A stretch of DNA of 54,721 nucleotides. Source: Girardia tigrina (Eukaryota). The stretch spans positions 1 through 54,721 of the forward strand of contig MQRK01238145.1 of assembly GCA_001938485.1 (NCBI GenBank). Reading direction: 5' to 3'. The notes under the pieces were generated by a model. That model searched no databases. It was not told the DNA's origin and worked only from the letters and a program-made list of their open reading frames with translations. Below are positions 51,149 through 54,721 of the stretch, one piece after another. The translations under genes were made by a program, and so were the position numbers. Positions within the stretch are counted from its first letter, which is position 1, and each line of letters starts with the position of its first letter.

Positions 51149-52130
51149 TATTTCGTTAATCTGCCTTTTCTGGTCATTAGATGAATGTATTATTTGAAAA
51201 CAACTATGGTTCTGTAAGTACGCCAAGCCATCTGAAGAACATACATAACGAAATGGTCGGTTTATGAACCTATTGAGTCATAACATTGCCATAGATATTC
51301 TATTTACTTTAGCTGATCATGAAATTTTGTATTTTTATCTTTATAATTTAAAATAATGAGTAAACAAATCTGTTTTATAGGATAAAATAAAATAATATTT
51401 TTTTCATATTAACATTCCCTAAAAGAAGAAAAAATATTTTCTAATTTTATCTGTAAAAAGATATTTTCTTCAATTAATAAAACAAAAATTATTCTTCTTC
51501 ACAAAAGAGAGATAAAAATTTAATAACAAAAAATCATATCTTAAGTTGTATCGATTTATTTACCTGGATAATGTCAAAGAATGTAATCTTAAATAATGTA
51601 AGACTATACAATAATATATATATATAATATAATATAATATAATATAATATAATATAATATAATATTTTAAATCTGAACACACTAATTAACCTTACACTAA
51701 TTATTATTCCTTATTAATATTATTCTATTAATAATTAATTAATAATTAATTATTATTTATTATTAATAATTATTCCATACACTAATTAACCATTTCCTCT
51801 CATGATAATAGGAAAACCGTATTTCCTGAAAATATTATATTTTGTTTATTTGATATACAAATAATATACTATTTGATTTTTCTTCAACAAACAAAACTTC
51901 TTTTATTAAGCTATTTTTCTTTTTAGACGAAATAACGATATGCGAGAACGAGACATCAATCCTATTCTGTAAGTCACCCGGTAAAATAAAGGTCTGGTAT
52001 GCCACTCTTGGGGGACCACCGTCCACTCTCTGTTCCAATAATCTTACAGGTTACAAAGTTTGTAATTTTATTTTCATGCTGCATGCTAAGAATTCAATAC
52101 TATTGAAATTAAAATTCACATTATATATAC

Positions 52131-52168
<38 letters not shown>

Positions 52169-52639
52169 ATATGTGTAAAAGGAGACATCGACTCATACCA
52201 AATTATTTTATTTTGAGTGATTAAATTTATTATATAACAGTTGTATAATAATAAATCCAATCTTAAAGGATAAAGCAGTAAAGATGAATTTAAAAACCTC
52301 ACAAGTCCTAAATTACTTTTTTAGCACTACCCTTTACAGGACTCAGACGGACATTGTTAAATTTATCAATTAATCGAATCCGGCTCCTTGCTGATATTCT
52401 TTAAATACAAATTCTAGAGTTCCGTTTTCAAAATCTGATAAAAAAGATTGTAAATTTGTTTTGACTTTTTTGAAAATAAGACAAAATCATTTTTTGACTA
52501 AATTTAATTTAATTTATATTTTCTGTATTTTGTATCATATAAAATTTAGACACAAAACAAATTTATTAATCGACATTTAAGATCGACGTCAAGATATTAG
52601 ATGGAAAGATAAAATATTAAAACTAAAAATATTAATTTA

Positions 52640-53177
52640 TAAACATTAACGCAAACTCGGTTAAGGAATCTCTCACAAGCGAGAATTAATGTTAACAATG
52701 TTTTGGGACCGTCGTGGAATCGTTAAAATTTATTTCTTTGACAAAGGAAGAGCAATGATTGTTCCATATATTTCTGACATACTAAGCCAAGCTGTGCCAC
52801 AAAACAAAATGGTTCCTCAAAACAGCACTGCCATTTACAGGTATACGCGACAACAGCAAGAGTGGTAGAATGAAAATTTGAACTCACGCAACCTCCATCA
52901 CACAATCGCATTTTGCTCCTAGTAATTTTGTATTTTTAAGACCCTTAAGAAAAGTTTTAACTGTCCCGATTTGGTTACTGCATCATAACTGAAAGTAATG
53001 GTCAAGAATATTTTTCTTTGACTATCTCAGAAATTCTTTGAAAATACATTTGGGGCCCTCATACGTCGTTGGCTCATGTTGAGAAATAATGTCGAATATA
53101 TTGTGATTTCGTAATAAAAATATTTTGTTGCTGTTTTCTTTTCTTGTCGAGTCTGAAGACATTTTGACCGCATCATG
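52640..53177 (+). mobile_element. Mariner 3' remnant
   Basis: LMLTMFWDRRGIV and FAPSNFVFLRPLRK motifs; end GACATTTTGACCGCATCATG-TA. Confidence 0.65.
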
Positions 53178-54469
53178 TATAAACATCAACTAGATTTTAT
53201 GTATACTCGTAAATATTTTAGACTGCTTTATTTATTAATATAAACACTATAGATAATCCCCTCCTTTCTCCAGAATAGATCGTAGGTCCATACATATATT
53301 TTCAACAGCGCCTTTCATCCTCTCTCCATGAAATGTCGGCAAGTGGTGTCGAAGAAGTTTCTCCTTTGCATTTTAGAGAAAACCAGGCTATACGATGATT
53401 CAGAGAAAACGCTATTTTTTCGACACAGCCTATATCTCATCAATTAATTCTGTGAAAACGTTTTCAAGGACGTTGAATAGAACAAAATTGTAATATCAAA
53501 CAATCATAATGAAAATTTATCGCATCGTACATGAAAACGTTGTAAAAGCTTCACTTATTCTAAAGTATTTTTTTAATAAATTTTAAAAACGAACTTTTAC
53601 ACGGGTTAAAATTTGAAAATTGAATGTTCGTCATAAAAAAATATTAAAAAAATTAAAAAAAGATTTATTTAGCTTAAAGCTTATAAAAAATTTTATATCT
53701 GGTCAAAATTTAAATTGCCACCTTATAAATTCATGGTTAAATTGTAATTGTAATTGAAATTGGAATTGAAATTGGAATTTTTTACTGTCCACAGGCTTTT
53801 TCACGCTAATGTAAATATATATAAACCTTTAAGTTGCGGCCAGTAGCCATCTTATAAAAATATTTGATTTTAAGATCACAATATTTATTGTATGGAAAAA
53901 ACAAAATGCATTACTTATTTTAAATAAATAAATTAATGTTTTATTTAATTCATTGTTTAATCCCACAGAAATGATACAAATCATATTCTAATTTTATTTT
54001 CGAACAATAGGAATAAATAATTTAATTTTTACATTTCTAAAGCTTTCCCATATTTTCCGTTTCCAAAAATATTTAGTGAAAGTAAATGGAAATTTCTGAA
54101 ACATAATTTTATAAATTATACTTTCAACTTTTTTTGATGAAATTCGAAATAAATTTCAACTTCAAAAGCAATTTTCATTCTTATTTTTATTTATTATTTT
54201 TTGACCGTCAATAAATTAATAAATAAATTTAATTTCTGATTAAATTGATTTTTCTCCAATAAATCTGTTATCAAATTAACTCAAATGAATTGCAAAACCT
54301 TCTTTGACAAATTAACCGTAAAGATAATGTTTTGCTTAGTGTTACAAGAAATATTCAATTTTGTTTGGGGAACTTCTTGCAGCCTCTGAGAAGGACATTT
54401 TAGCTAGAAACATTTTATTATATTTCCTAACTATTAGGGTGAGTCATAAGTTGTGGGGCACTCTTTCCA

Positions 54470-54721
54470 AAGTAATTATCTTTAATTACAACATGAATTG
54501 TCGAATCGATATTAATTGAATTTGTATATCGTAATAAAGCTCATAAACTGAAGTTTCAGTATTTGTAAGAAAATCATGATTTTATGTTCACAAATTTTTT
54601 GTAAGTAATTATCTTTAATTACAACATGAATTGTCGAATCGATATTAATTGAATTTGTATATCGTAATAAAGCTCATTAACTGAAGTTTCAGTATTTGTA
54701 AGAAAATCATGATTTTATGTT
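54470..54721. repeat. 133-bp tandem duplication running off the window end
   Basis: 54470-54602 repeated from 54603 with one mismatch; preceded by a Tc1-like start TAGGGTGAGTCATAA at 54435. Confidence 0.9.

Noticed and set aside
1-54721. CRISPR arrays, tRNA, rRNA or prokaryotic operons
   Set aside because: No regularly spaced repeat-spacer array, cloverleaf or rRNA signature seen; the content is eukaryotic TE-rich DNA.

Overview
Very AT-rich eukaryotic (probably metazoan) DNA with two assembly gaps and no intact host protein-coding gene that I can support. Most of the recognisable sequence is a transposon graveyard. It holds at least nine IS630-Tc1-mariner copies or remnants (DD34E Tc1, DD37E-like, rosa-like and several DD34D mariners). 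It also holds pogo/Tigger remnants and a MITE, three hAT transposase remnants plus a hAT MITE with a perfect 8-bp TSD, a FLYWCH-MULE remnant, piggyBac-type ends, two non-autonomous Helitrons, and Penelope-like GIY-YIG fragments carrying decayed minimal hammerhead ribozymes. The most unusual signal is not explained by any of these. It is a dispersed family of five co-oriented (+ strand) bipartite cassettes at about 1.6, 2.5, 19.9, 22.5 and 41.5 kb. Each consists of a ~95-bp conserved G/T-rich module ending in CCCAGATGG, an AT-rich spacer, then a TATCAATC motif followed 15-18 nt later by an ATG (ATT in one copy) opening a ~100-nt fast-evolving block. That block reads both as a Cys-containing micropeptide and as a hairpin with a compensatory base change. 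All alignments and counts were made by eye; no database searches or folding programs were run.
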